Assembly: GCA_002189035.1 (NCBI GenBank)
Contig: NEEC01000014.1
Coordinates: 992,001-1,056,000 of the forward strand
Reading direction: 5' to 3'
From: Utricularia gibba
Taxonomy: Eukaryota; Plantae; Magnoliophyta
DNA: 64,000 nt
Made by a program: the position numbers and the translations under genes. A model generated the notes under the pieces. The model saw only the letters and a program-made list of their open reading frames with translations, made no database searches and had not been told where the DNA came from. Shown here piece by piece: positions 38,591 to 53,705 of the stretch; the stretch's first letter is position 1, and each line of letters opens with the position of its first letter.

Positions 38591-40658
38591 CTAGCTCCTG
38601 AACCCGAAGGCAGACCACTTCTTTGGTGCCTCCTTCTTGGTCCTTTTAGAATTCGGGTCGATTAGGTTTTCCAGAGACTTGGCTTTCTTGTTCCAAGACC
38701 TACCTGATTCTTTCAATAGCTCCACCAGTCTTTTTTTCTCATCATCGAAATCAGGATTTGCAGTCCCTAGTTTCTCCTCCCGCAGCTTAAGTATGTACTC
38801 CAATATCTCTATAGCATCATCAATCCTGCTCAAATCTCAAATAAAAAATTTGTCAAGATTAAGCTAATGAGTTCCAAACACTCTCAAGACAGTAAACTGA
38901 CTGAACGTCAAGGCCTTTTATGTTTTGAGCATCAGAGGAGGAATATTAAATGGTGCGTCAATACCTTCCCATAGCATCATAGGTTGCAGCAAGATTGCTG
39001 TACACACCAAGAGTATCCTGATGACAAGGTCCGCTTTCTCGCTCCAGAATTTCTCGAGCTTCCTCAAATAACTCAACAGCTTCATCTATCTTGAACAGCT
39101 GCACACAAGCCAGCCCCATTTGGTTCAACACAACTCCGAAAAAAGCTGACTTCCTCTCACCCCCAGATCTAAGTTTCCCAATGGCAGATTCAAAGGCGCT
39201 CCTTGATTCTTCGTATCGGCCAACCATGTAATACATCACTCCAAGACGTGCTTCAATTCCAGCAACCGTACTTTGCTGACCAGGTTTATCTTCCAAGAGT
39301 CCCATGGCCTTTTGCAAGAGCTTCAAAGCTTCATCTGGCTCATTAAATAGTTCATAAATTGCAGAAATTTCAGCCATTCCACTGGCAATCTCTTCTGCTG
39401 TGGTTCCTGGCACAGGTTTAGCATATATCCTGAGGGCATTCTCACAGTAAGACCGAGACTCCCTCAATTTTCCTGTCTTGTAGTATAAATCAGCGAGTCG
39501 CACATAAACTGATGCCACGGCAGGATGGCTGTCACCCTTGGAAGATTTGAGTACCGTCAGCGCTTTCTGGTAGGAGAAAACAGCCTCATCGAATCTGGTA
39601 AGAGAAGAATATATGTTGCCAATGCTCACATCAATCGCAGCAACCTCATTTTCTTGTCCATTAGCAATCATGGCCATGCTAGCAAGCACTAGGTGCTCCA
39701 ATGCTGATTCATAATCACCTTTAGCTTCACATATCAGAGCCATCAATCTCCGGTCAGCTGCTTCTTCCAGAGACGCCGGAGGACTATGAATACGGTGGAT
39801 TTCAAGAGTTCTCTTACACAAACTCTCAGCCTCATCAAACTGCATAGCTTGAACATGTGCCTCAGATAGATATCTGCATTTTTTTTTAGTGTCAAAACTG
39901 ATACCAGCGGCCATTATGGACAAGCAATTCGAAAGCTTCATCTTCAACCCAGAAACTAGAATCAAAAGAGGAACTTGAAGGTGAAAGTCTTACCTGCAAG
40001 TCTCTGCAACCCTAGGATCATTGCTGCCCAAAGCATCCATCTGTATCTTCAATCCTTCTTTGTAGCAAGTGATTGAACGATCCAACTGGCCAAGCATCGA
40101 ATGCGTGTCTCCCAATTGCATGTACCCAGAGAACATCGCTAAGGCATGATCAGGACCCCTCGCCACCTCCGGAACCCCAATCGCCCTTTCAAGAACAGGA
40201 ACAGCCTCCTCGAATTTGCCCAAGCTGCAATAGATCGCCGCCACAACGTGCAAGCTCATCGCCAAGTCCAAGTTTGGTTCCCCATCGACGGCGCACTTCT
40301 CGAAACTTCTAGAAGCCCGCAAAGCATAGTCCAAAGCCTTATTCGGCCCCTCGCCACCGGCAATCGTATCTCGAGCCAATTTCAGCAAGAAAGGACCCAG
40401 ATCGGGGTTCTCCAGTGAGGATTCGTTTATCAGCGCTTTCTCCGGCGTCGATTTTTTCTTCGAAAAACTGCGATCTGGGGAACGCTTGGCCCGTGAAGAG
40501 GACGGCGAAGGGGAAGGCGGTCGTCTTGCCGCTGGGGAGTTGGATCTGGGCTCCGACCTACTATCGGGTCGGGAGGGAGCCTGAAGCGTCCCATCAGACA
40601 CCGTAATACGCAAAGGCGGTGCGTCTGGAGGCGTTTTGACGGAAACTAAGCCAGGCAT
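38591..40658 (-). CDS. KLCR1: Kinesin light chain-related TPR protein (KLCR1/CMU1-like), 3 exons
   Basis: MPGLVSVKTPPDAPPLRI, NPDLGPFLLKLARDTIAGGEGPNKALDYALRA, multiple TPRs, LGVYSNLAATYDAMGR and LGTANPDFDDEKKRL. Confidence 0.93.
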
Positions 40659-41067
40659 TGCTTCCAAGAAGAAGAATTGAAGAAGAGAGAGAGAGATTAC
40701 TCCCGGGTAAAGAGAAGACTATGTGTGTACAATAAAAGACACAGACGTCTTCAACGACGGCAGTTGAGCCTCCGATGAGAAGAGAAAAAGTAGGTGCATG
40801 ACCGCCGCAGACACAGATGTGAATGGCGTAACCGAACTCACCGGAAATGATTGCCAGCGATGGAAGATTCTAACAAAAAGTAAAAACATTTTCTTTTTTT
40901 TGTAACCTGTTACATACATGATGAACGAAATTTGGGCCTGTGACTATGCAATGGGCCCGTATATTTCGATGGCCCATATAAAATGAGGCCCAATTGTTGA
41001 CTCGACCAATTTCCGCCGGAACCCCAAACGCTCGTGGGGAGGGGATACAGAGATCAGACAACCAGAA
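40659..41067. promoter_or_regulatory. Short head-to-head (bidirectional) promoter between KLCR1 and RSM22-like genes
   Basis: About 410 bp between divergent ATGs, with several site II-type motifs (TGGGCC at about 40932 and 40952; GGCCCA at about 40970 and 40987). Confidence 0.6.
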
Positions 41068-44000
41068 ATGGCGGCTCTCATCGCCGAGGCTCTGCCAAAG
41101 TTCACGGCGGAAACTCTGAAGCTCGCATCAAAGCAATCCCAACGCTGCCACGTTGTACCTGATACGCTACGTTTGGCCATTGACAAATACATTCGGGGTA
41201 ATTTTTTTTTTTTTTTGTAATTTTCGTCTCTGATGGCGTGCTGATTGATTTTAAGCAGCTGTTTTATGTGTCAATGTTTCGTATCCGTGTGTTGTAGAGC
41301 AAGAACCGGTGCATATGAAGCGGAAGGTACTGAGTTTAACACAATCGTTCGAGGGAATTAAGGAAGCGAATTTGCTCCTGCCCAGCTCGACCTCGAGGGA
41401 ACTAGTAGAAGATCCACTTAGGGCAATGGAACGATCCCAGAGATGGAAAGTGAAGTCATGTTATGGTGATGTTGGTCTTAGGTATGAAGAAGATCAAACA
41501 CTGGCATACGTGGCTGCACGAATGCCTGCAGTCTATTCGGCATTGTATCGTGTCCTCAGTGAGGTATACAAGTGAGTCGCTTGGTTGGTGACATTTTTTG
41601 GAATTCAGAATGGAAATAGCTCGGAAAATGTTGTCATTTTTATGTATGGAAAAGAAATTTCTATGCCTTTTCAAAAAAAAAAACGTTTCTTCCTCTTATC
41701 CTGCATTTATGCATTTGAATTTTTTTCTTTTTTACGGAAGACTAATCAGTGCACTGATTCGAGGGAATTCTTCACAGTGTTTTTAGCTTTGTCTATTTTT
41801 GTCATGTTGGGATTGGCGTCTGAATGCAATATCGAGCAAAATTTTGTTTTCTGTGTAGACTTTTGTCATAAAAGCATTTTTTTTCACTGGGATTAATAGG
41901 TGAGAAGAAGAGTGCCAGATTTGAGCCCAGCCAAGGTGCTTGACTTTGGTGCCGGAACTGGTTCAGCATTATGGTGAGCCTGTGTTCTTGTTTAATTGAT
42001 TTCTTCGATTATTTTAACAGATATTCCCTTTTTATTCAATTTGGTAGGGCAATGATGGAGGTGTGGCCGGGTTATTTGAAACAGATGAATTTGGTAGAGC
42101 CATCTCAAGCGATGCAAAGAGCAGGACTAAGCCTTCTGAAAGGTAAAATGTCGCTTGAAAAGACTAGACTTTTGGATGCTATATGCTCATTTTATTTCTG
42201 GGATTGCAGGCTATTCTAAAGCTTCCACATTTATGTTTTCCCTTACATTTCAATGATGTTGCTGCAGAAATTCACCAATGTTTAATGATGTTCACATTTT
42301 CATTGATGTATGTGATTTGCTTCTCATATTGATGACAGGACTGGATGACTTGCCAATAATTCAAAGTTATGATAGCATTGAATCCTTGACAAAGCACGTT
42401 CATAAGCCTGAGAGACAGCATAATCTTGTTATCGCTGTAAGCATTGTTCTTCTCCTCCTGGTGCTTTTTTTTTCTTCGTACAAACTCACGTATATTTGTT
42501 CAGATCATACATTTTTCCTTTTATTGCTCCTTTCTAAAACTCTTGTTGTAAGGATCTAATATAATTTATCACTGGGATGAAGTCACATGTACTTGGAGAG
42601 ATACCATCATTGAAGGACAGAATTACACTGGTGCGTCAGTTATGGAATCTTACTGAGGATATTTTGGTAAGCTTTCGATTCCGCGTGATACAGAAAGTTT
42701 TAAGTAGTTTCTCTCAGCCAAATGCTCTATCCTGCTTCAGTGATAGTTTGGTATGTGTTCCAGTTTGGTATGTGTTCCAATCTAAATCGAAGCATGTTTT
42801 CTTCATACCAGGTTCTTGTTGAGCCTGGAAGCCCACAAGGATCAAATATCATATCTCAAATGAGGTCGCACATTTTATGGATGGAGAAGAGAGTAAGATT
42901 GTGGCTACAATTAAATTTTTGTATCTACCTCGTATATTTATAAACTAATATGTTAACTAAATTTCTCAGAAAGCCCGCAAGCTTGAAAATGCAGCGCGCA
43001 AATCATCCAAGGAATTGATGCCTATAAACACTGGTGCGTTCGTAGTTGCTCCTGTAAGTGAAGTATCTTCTGTTGCTGTATATTTATGGTCTTTCAGTTG
43101 TTATAATGAGTGACTATTGGCAAATGAATCAATGGATTTATTTCAGTGCCCCCACGATGGACCGTGCCCATTACGGAATACAGGAAAGTACTGTCATTTT
43201 GTCCAGCGCCTGGAGAGGACACCATCCCAGCGGCAATTCAAGGTTTTTCACAGAAAATGTCGAGAGGACCACACTTGAATTTTTTTTATTACCATCCAAA
43301 TTTACCATGCCTCGTGTGCAGTCGTCCAGGACTACTCTACGTGGATTCGAAGATGAAAAGTTTTGTTACGTTGCTCTCAGACGAGGAACAAGACCAAGGT
43401 TGGAAAGCAAGCGAAGTTTTAAACTTGTTATATATACTTAATCCACGAGCATCAACCCTGTTTGTTTCCCCTTTCTTGTTTGTGGGGGTTGATTGATCAG
43501 AGAATCTTGGCCTCTTGATGGCATGAAGTTCGAAACCCTCAAAGAGATGCGAGAGAAAAGGATACCTGAAGATTTAGAAGTACCCGTCGGTGTGTTCCTA
43601 TCTGCTTATCTGCCTTATAACACATTTCTTTTTCCAACTTTTCTCCTTGGACGGCATGATAAAATCTGTGCTTTAAAACTGTTTCTTGCATTTCCTGTTG
43701 CATTTCCAACTTTTCAAGTCCTACTTTCGGTTTCATGATCTCCAGAGACTGATTTCTCGGCTAGAGACGAAGAGCAGGAGCTCGACGACGACAGTATCAT
43801 GACACTCTCCGATGAGGAGGAAGCACTGGATCCCCCGGCGGCGGACCTAGGCACCGGGTGGGGCAGAATCATCTACATGCCAATGCGGCGCGGAAACAGG
43901 GTGGAGCTGGACGTCTGCCGAGCCACCACCCCCGACGGAACAGCAGGTTCCTTCAACCGCGTGGTGGTCACTCAGAGACAGAACCCGGCACTCCATCATC

Positions 44001-44101
44001 AGGCCCGCAGGTCCATCTGGGGCGACCTCTGGCCTCTCAGGAGCCACAAGGAAGGCCTACCCAATAACAGCACAGGAACACCTCATCCCTCATCATCCTA
44101 A
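41068..44101 (+). CDS. Mitochondrial small-subunit RSM22 / METTL17-like methyltransferase, multi-exon
   Basis: LAYVAARMPAVYSALYRVLSEV, KVLDFGAGTGSA, VLVEPGSPQGS, VVAPCPHDGPCP, KYCHFVQRLERT, GFEDEKFCYVALRRG and GWGRIIYMPMRRGNRVELDVC. Confidence 0.93.
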
Positions 44102-45064
44102 AATCAGGGGCTGTTCCGAGAATGTACCATCACAGGAGAGAAGAGAAAAGATGGCATCTTTCAGAGTCTGGTCATGGGGTTTTTGGTCATTGGATGTTGA
44201 CAGGGATGCAGAAACGGAACCTGCCGCTCAGAAAGAAGCAGACAGGCACAGCAATCTTGTGGCCCACGCCCACTCTGTTCTGAAGCCTTCACCGTTGTCC
44301 ACGTGATTCGACCGAGGAAATGTGGTTCTTGTCACCCATCTGCGAATCGCCCAAAAACCGGCCATTTAATTGTTTTGATTATTAATCATCAGGACTATCA
44401 CGTCATAATATGATTATGTTGAGATTAATTAAAGATAATGACTAATTAATGAGGAAAATAAGGTTTTTTTATAAAAAAAGGAAAGATTCAGAAAACGCCG
44501 CATGTGTTGACAGTTCTGCTGTGTGAGTGTCGTAATCTTTTTCGTTATCCGCTTCAGAAATGTGGACACGGCGTCCCCATTACGACACTCGAAGTGTCCA
44601 TCCCTGCACACAACAGTTATTACACCCCTCGCCCATTTCACCTACCCAAGGTTCCCTGTCTGCATAATATGCAAACTTCCAATTCAATAATAATAACGTG
44701 ACAATATTTTCTGGATATTACATTCCCCGTCGGCCCTTTTTTTGCGGCTACAACATGTTAGGTTTGGACACTCGAACGGCCCTTTTTTCTTTACCAACCG
44801 TTGACTTTTTTTCAGAAATTCTTATTCCGGTAATTATCAAATCCTAAATCTTGAATGAGACAAAAATATATTTTAGAATGAGACAAAATTAATTATCAAA
44901 TTTCACAAACGATTTATGATTTAATTATTTAAATTTCGATTTAAATTGTGATTGCATTTTTAATTTTTTTAAATATTTTTATTATGAAAAATATTTAATC
45001 ATGATTAAAATTTGAATTTATGAATTTTTAAAAAGAAGGTGAAATGTCGTTATTGAAGTTTTCT

Positions 45065-46240
45065 CTACAGCGGGTGACTGAAAACGTCGAGCAGGTCAAC
45101 GTCAGCGGGGAAGGATTCCGGGTGGTAGTTTCCCGGCAGCACATCGAAGAGCCCATCGTAGAATGGCAAATCGGTGATCTCGAGAAACGGCGACCAGGAA
45201 AAGGACGGATCCGACTCCACTGCGGCCACGGCAGCGGCCGCTTCGCCGCCGCAGTCGCTGCTCGACGTACGGCTCCCCAGACTCTGATACGCATCATCAG
45301 GGTTGAAAAACTTGGCCGTAACTCTGATGGGTTTCGGCGCATATACTTTAATCTTGGGCGGCTCCTCCTCCGCCGTCGCCTCAATCATCTCGGCCTTCTT
45401 CTTACTTTTCTTTTGCTTCTTCTTACTATCCGTCTGCTTCCCGTTCTCCGGTGGGGGCAGCGGGGCTACGGCAGCGGCATCCTTGGCGTTTGCTGGCGAC
45501 CGTACTGTATTGATCTTCTTGAGAAGATGGGTGTTCCAGTAGTTTTTGATCTCATTGTCCGTTCGACCAGGTAGCCTGCCGGCGATTAATGACCATCGAT
45601 TTCCAAGAAGCCCGTGGAGCCGCACGATCAAATCCTCCTCAACCTCGCTTATGTTCCCACGCTTGATCCCCGGCCGGAGATAGTTCATCCACCGGAGTCT
45701 GCAACTTTTGCCACACCGCAGAAGCCCTATTTCGCAAATACCACATAGTTCAAGGACCCATTAGCCATTTTCCCCACCAAAACCAGACCAAACCCAAACC
45801 CCCTTTATCTTGTTCCCATCCCAGTTTAACCCCCGAGCATTGCAAGCCCTTTTAGAAAGTACACACGCCAACAAACACGTGAGAGATAGAGCATGTGCCT
45901 AAATAAAAAATCCCCAATCCTTTTTACCCAATGACAGATCAGACCACCCACACACCACACAATTCATCGTAAAAAAAAAAAAAAAAAACTTTTTATTATT
46001 ATTGTAATTGCTGTTAAACAGGTCGACCCGCTAACCCATCGCCGTCCACGGACGGATCTGGGGGAGAAAGGAAGGTAAGGTGTGAACTGCTGGTGTGGTG
46101 TACTCACCGGCGTTCTTGGGAAGAGACCTCCACTGGCCCTCCCCATGCTGCTGTACGTAAGAGGAGAGCAGGGCGTCCTCTTTGGAAGACCACGGCCCTC
46201 TCCGGAGGCCGACCTTGGAGCAGCACGGCGACCTGCCCAT
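45065..46240 (-). CDS. R2R3-MYB transcription factor, MYBPA1-type (proanthocyanidin/flavonoid regulator clade); 2 exons (46240-46108, 45726-45065)
   Basis: [79 protein letters not shown], and a downstream [11 protein letters not shown] motif like the KVHLPKPVRVT of grape MYBPA1 (recalled, not aligned). Confidence 0.9.
45550..45570 (-). promoter_or_regulatory. Predicted miR858 target site in the MYB R3 coding region
   Basis: mRNA CUGGUCGAACGGACAAUGAGA pairs with miR858 (UUUCGUUGUCUGUUCGACCUU) with three G:U pairs and two mismatches at the miRNA 3' end. Confidence 0.55.
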
Positions 46241-46522
46241 CCTCTCCGGCTCCGGGCACTCAGATCCCCGCTGGGGATGCCAGTGGTATTTATAGTAGAG
46301 TGAGGCGAAACGTCGTCGTATGAAGATCCAAACTGACCATCACGTTTTCCATTTAGTTGTCCAAATTGCCCACACACACGAGGCATCCAACGATCCGGAT
46401 CGCTCCACGACACAGGCTACCGTCCACAGCAGCCAGCGGCTACCCATAAAAAACATCCATAATTACAGTGGCAGCAGCAGCAGCAGCTTCGCAAGATAAA
46501 TGAATAAATGCATGATCAAACA

Positions 46523-46990
46523 AACCCTAAACTTCCAACAACAAAAAAAAACCCCATTTGCCATGTAATTATCTTCATAGAATTATCGGGTTTTTGTCAA
46601 AATCCCATTTTTAATGGATCATACTCCACATATGCACATTCCCCTAATAATTCATATGGTGGAACCTCAACAATGATGAACATAAGAGCTTATGCTTATA
46701 ATGTATTCCTTATTCAGTAACAATAGGTTTGAGCTCCTTGGTACCATAAATTACAACCCCTAAAGTTCCAACTACAAAAAAACCCCATAGCCATGTAATT
46801 ACCTTCATAGAATTATTGGGTTTTTTCAAGATCACTTTTTTAATGGATCATACTCCACAGATACGCATTCCCCTAATAACCCATGTGATGGAACGCCGAC
46901 AATGACGAAAATAAGAGATTGCGCTTGTAATCTATTGGGTATCCCATCCCACACACCAACAGCTTTGATTTCCTTGGCACCAGAAATTAG
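46523..46990. repeat. Diverged tandem duplication of a ~235-bp unit upstream of the MYB gene
   Basis: ACCCTAAACTTCCAACAACAAAAAAAACCCCATTTGCCATGTAATTATCTTCATAGAATT at about 46523 recurs as ACCCCTAAAGTTCCAACTACAAAAAAACCCCATAGCCATGTAATTACCTTCATAGAATT at about 46756. Collinearity continues to ...CCTTGG(T/C)ACCA. Confidence 0.9.
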
Positions 46991-47214
46991 ATTTTTTCAT
47001 TATAACATGTGCCCCATCCAACTCGAGTATAATATATCAAGGATATTGTAATTCAATTTTTTAAAGATATGGGTCCTTGTGATGTTGAAAGGGCAATGAA
47101 TGATATTAATAGCGATGTGGGCAACCCAATCATATATAAACAAATCGTCTGCATTGCTTAAACAATTATTTTTTTTCTTTTTCAACAAGAAAATAAAATA
47201 GGCCTCCCTTGCGC

Positions 47215-47277
47215 GGGGGGAGAGGGGGGGAGGGGGGTGGGCCGGGGGGCCGGGGGGCCGGGGGGTGGGCCCGGGGG
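47215..47277 (+). other. G-rich tract with 9 G-runs (potential G-quadruplex; i-motif on the opposite strand)
   Basis: GGGGGGAGAGGGGGGGAGGGGGGTGGGCCGGGGGGCCGGGGGGCCGGGGGGTGGGCCCGGGGG within AT-rich intergenic DNA. Confidence 0.85.
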
Positions 47278-50200
47278 TACGTGTCGCCCATCCATTTGTC
47301 AAATAAAAAAAGAATTTAAATCCGTGGTGTAATGCAATGATTTCATTTTCTCTAAGATTGTGACATTCTTTTTTTATTCGAAAAAAATAATTCCGCACGC
47401 GGTGGGCCGAACCAGAGCGCGGCAAATTTCAACACTGAGGACATATTAATTTTTTGAATTGATTATTTTTAATTTTTTAAAATAATAATTTTTAAATTAC
47501 AAATAAAATCATAAATTCAAATTTTGTAATTAAATTTAAAAATTATTGAATTTATTGAATCTCTTTTTCAAATACTAAATAAAAATTAATTAAAAAATTA
47601 TATTATTTATTCTAAAAAACATGTATATCATAACATCAAATTAGATTATTTATTAAATACTATAATATAATTTTATATTATCTCATAAAATAGTTCTTAA
47701 AATCTCAAACTGATTTTATTCATATAATTTTAAAATTGATTCTATTTTACATAATTTAAATCACAACTTCAAATTATAGAAAATATCTCTTATAATGTGA
47801 ACACCATGAATCATCATGGTTTATAAAACATTAAAATATTTCGATTGTGGGAGCATTCTCATAAACCTAACATAAAATCATTTTTCGAACACAAAGGCTT
47901 CATCAAACCACTAGATGTTCATATCTCAACACGATCGACTCGAAACGAGCTTGTGTGCATCATGCATATTCAAAATTAATTTGAAATTAATTAATAAATG
48001 AGTAGGCATTGTTAGTGGAAAACCGGGTAGGGTGCTGGGGGTTTGGAGCAAGTGTCTAGAGCTGGTCGGTGTCCTGGCCGTATTGTATTGTGTTGTGTAT
48101 TATTTGTACTCAATGGGTATTACATTGAAAGGACCGTGCCTAAAAATACATTGAATATTTAATCGAGTACTATTATTATTTTCCCCGATAATAATTAATT
48201 TATTAATCACGGCTAGAAAAATTAGTATTTTTAAAATTTATCCACACTTCATTTATCTCACACACATCATGTACAAAAAAATATACGTAGGGTATATAGA
48301 TTTCTCATACCCTTAAATGAGTTGGTATTTTTCAAAAAAAACCCTTATAAAAACCGGTAGGGGTAGTAGGGGAATAATTTAACAGTGGAGTGACATGCGA
48401 ATTAAATAATTATCCATTCTCTCTCTTTTTTTATTCTGAATAATTTAAAGTAAGTGAACCGGAATCCGAGACCTACATGGTGTGTGTGTACATCGACTGT
48501 CAGTGTCGGTGACAATGCGATGGGCCCCATACCCACGTGTCCCTGCCTGACTTTTAACTGCAGTTTACCTTCTATGACTGCGTTCGACAACCAACTGCCC
48601 CGCCCTCTTATTTTATACATAAAAAAAATTGTACTTTGAAAAATATCAAATATTTTAGAAATAAGTGTGTAAAATGCAATTAGTTAAATATTAAGGTATT
48701 TCTATCATTAAATATAACATATATAATATTTTGATTAATTTTAGATAAATATTCAATTATATATTTATTTTATGACGGATCCACGAATAACTCATCTATG
48801 CGTGTTTTCGTTGACTCTTGTTTCGTATCGGATGAATTTCACCTTTGTATGTGTTCATGAATGCAGAAATGATATACTATTTACCTGTATTGTGCAGTGT
48901 ATTTAATCGAAATAAATTATAATCCTAAATTTTTAATGTTTTAATAAAATTTGTATTACTGGCTCATGACACAAAACATTAACAATAAAAATCACAAATA
49001 TAAAAAATTTAAATATTAATAAAATAAATAAAATAAATAAATATTGTAAAGCAACGACAAGGCCAAAATAAAAAAAGAACTGAAAATAGACAGTAGGTGG
49101 TTGCCGCATGTGACATAAAGTTAAAACATAAAAAAATAAAATATGTTTAAATTTATCGCAAAAAATTGCTGACGATAATGTTTTCAATAAATATAAAATG
49201 ATTAAATTTAGAAATTAAAAATATATTTAAACAAGTTGAAGTTTCTTGCAAATAAAAACTTCAAGTTGTGACATTGCCCTAATAAAATGTAACATGTGCT
49301 GTTTTGATCATTTTGTGCGTTATGTTACTTGTGACCCACCCACCCACCCGTGCTTTGCTGCACATCAAATATGGAAGGTTTGTGGTATTTAGAATAAAAT
49401 CATAATAATTAATATTATTTGTTTATTTAAAAATAGTAACTAATGGCCCGTTTTTGTCTCTCTCACATTTCTAAATATGCATCGTAAGTGGGCAAGACAA
49501 GAGATCGGTGTGGGCCCCTAGACCATTTTTTAGCTGTGTCGGCGGGCATCGGCCCTAGGGCGTCGTCGGATTCGGATTGATCTTTCCGGCTGCAAGACAG
49601 AAAAACACCGACAGTATGAAGAAGACACCGGCGTAGATATGACCGCCGACCGCGACGAGGAGACTGGTGGCGCGGCAGAGGTTGATGGCGGCGGGACCAA
49701 AATGGGAAAACGGGCGACCCGGTTGGAAGAGGAGGCCCACGGCCCGCAGCCCATCTTCTTCGGCAGACAGAAAACCGAATCGCGGTTGCAAGTGTCAGGA
49801 GTGTCGAGGGAGTTGGGATTTCGGTCCAACCCAGTTGATTGGGCTTTAGCCCAATAGTAGCCCAATACTAAGTTGGGATTCAATTATTGAGTTGGGACTT
49901 TTAATTATCCTCGACAAACAGGAATTACGTGCCCTATTTGGAATGCCTTCTCATTCTGGAGAAGTTTTTTTTTTATATAAAAAAATAGTTTTATTATAAA
50001 AAAACGAGTGATTTTTATTCAAAAATATACAAAATCTTATTCTTTTTATGAAACTATAAAACCCTAAATTCTATTTTTTCAGAAGTAATTAAACATGTTT
50101 TATAATTTGAAATTGTATTTTATATTATATAAAATATAATTAATTTTAAGATTATTTAAATAAAGTCAACTTTAAAATTGTAAAGCTGTTTTATTAAATG

Positions 50201-50927
50201 GTGTACAATTATATTATAAAATATAAAAATCAAATATATATTATAAAGCGATATATTAAATTATTTTATAATTTAATGTTATAAAATATATTTTTAGGGC
50301 AAATAAAAATAATTAATATATATTTTTAATTAATCTCTTATTTAATTAATAAAACAGAAATTCAAAAAAAATAATTTTTTAACTTAGTAACAAAATTTAC
50401 ATTTTTTATTTTATTAAAAAAATATTAAAGACTAAAATATTTAAAAATTAAAAAAATCAATTTAATAAAGTAACACAAGATTCCTATTGTCTTTTGAATG
50501 AAAGTCTACACGGTTAGTTGAATTGTTGCGGAAAAAGAATATGGGCCACGTGGTCGTCGAGGGTTGACTTTTCCTACTCACACCCGCACTACAATTCTGC
50601 CGAGATTTTATCCTCACGTGGAATAGTCGCGTTCCCTGGGCCCCACCACGTTATCCACCTCAATTAATAAATTATATTATAAATACTATTTACCCCATTT
50701 TTCCGCCTGCTGCTGCTTTTAAAACGTACACCTAACATATCCTGCTATTAAATTTGTCTCCCATGGTTGAAAAGTTTGTGATACGGATCTCCATTGGTGA
50801 CAACTGTGTGTAGGTGGATGCTTTTCCGCAGTAGTGGGCGGAAATTTGGGCATTCGCGGTAGCCGGTAGGAGAAGAATAGGAGGGATTTGCAGCACGAGC
50901 TTGCTTTGGAGCTTCCTCGTTCTCCCT

Positions 50928-52692
<1,765 letters not shown>

Positions 52693-53705
52693 ATAGAGCT
52701 GAGCTCCTGTTCAGATCATTCATGTGGACTTAAATACAACTACCAGAAGGTGATGCAAACCTGATGCTATTTTTTTTATATTTTTATTTCAATAATCAAG
52801 CCAAAAATACCCACTTAACCAACAATAATTAAAATAATTTACGCCGTGCGCGGACCCCACCAATACAGGGTTATAATGGTCATTTGACCTACAGATTAAT
52901 AAGGATAATATCCACTATTTTTTATAATAAATATCATTGACAAAAAATTAAAACTAGCATAGAATATAATCTAGAGATTATATGCCATGATACGAGCATT
53001 GATATATAATGAACAATTTCGATACACACATGACGATAATTTCGAACACTTAGGCAATACAAGATCAAACGAGCTTATTTTATAGAACGTGCATATTGTG
53101 GCACTTCATGGATATAAATAATTTTGTCACCAAATAAGTATCATTCATATTCCTAAAGACTTAATAATCTAAAAATGCTAAAACTTATAACTTATTTATC
53201 GAAAATTATTTTTCGAGATTTTATACAAAATGGAGATTTATATTTTTTAAAAGTATAAATGTATCAATTAAAAATAGAATAAACGTGGCGAATTCAAATA
53301 CTAGGGTGCGAACTAGTGGATGATTAATAAATGAAATAATGATAACACAAAGTCGTTAACACGAAATTTCAATTAATAATTTGAAATTGTGGAACCATGG
53401 GGGAGAAAAATTAGTCGTGGGGTGATTTACTGAGATGCCCTCGGGAGTTAAATTTTGGTGGTGATTTGACCGTGGGGTAGGTTCGTAAATTACAAACAAA
53501 GAGTTTTTTATTGGAACCTTAGTTCAGCTTTGCGTTTCTCTCTCACACATTTATCATCCGTAGGGGCCGCCGGTTTCAATTATCTGTTTTGAACGTTAAG
53601 CACAGAATCAGGGAATCAGTCGCTCACGAAACACACATTCGGTATAAATAAACTTCAATCCGTTTTCGGAACCGGAAGCCGTGGATTTCTGCAGGCCTTG
53701 CCGCC

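Noticed and set aside
40659-40667. Non-AUG (TTG) start for KLCR1 shown in the ORF track
   Set aside because: An in-frame ATG three codons downstream gives the conserved MPGLVSVKTPP N-terminus. Nothing supports TTG use.
45515-45545. miR828 target site in the MYB
   Set aside because: TGGAACACCCATCTTCTCAAGA has about 6 mismatches to the miR828 complement, several in the seed-pairing region.
48400-49400. Possible miRNA precursor in the MYB-to-kinase intergenic region
   Set aside because: No match to the conserved plant miRNAs I can recall and no long fold-back visible by eye.
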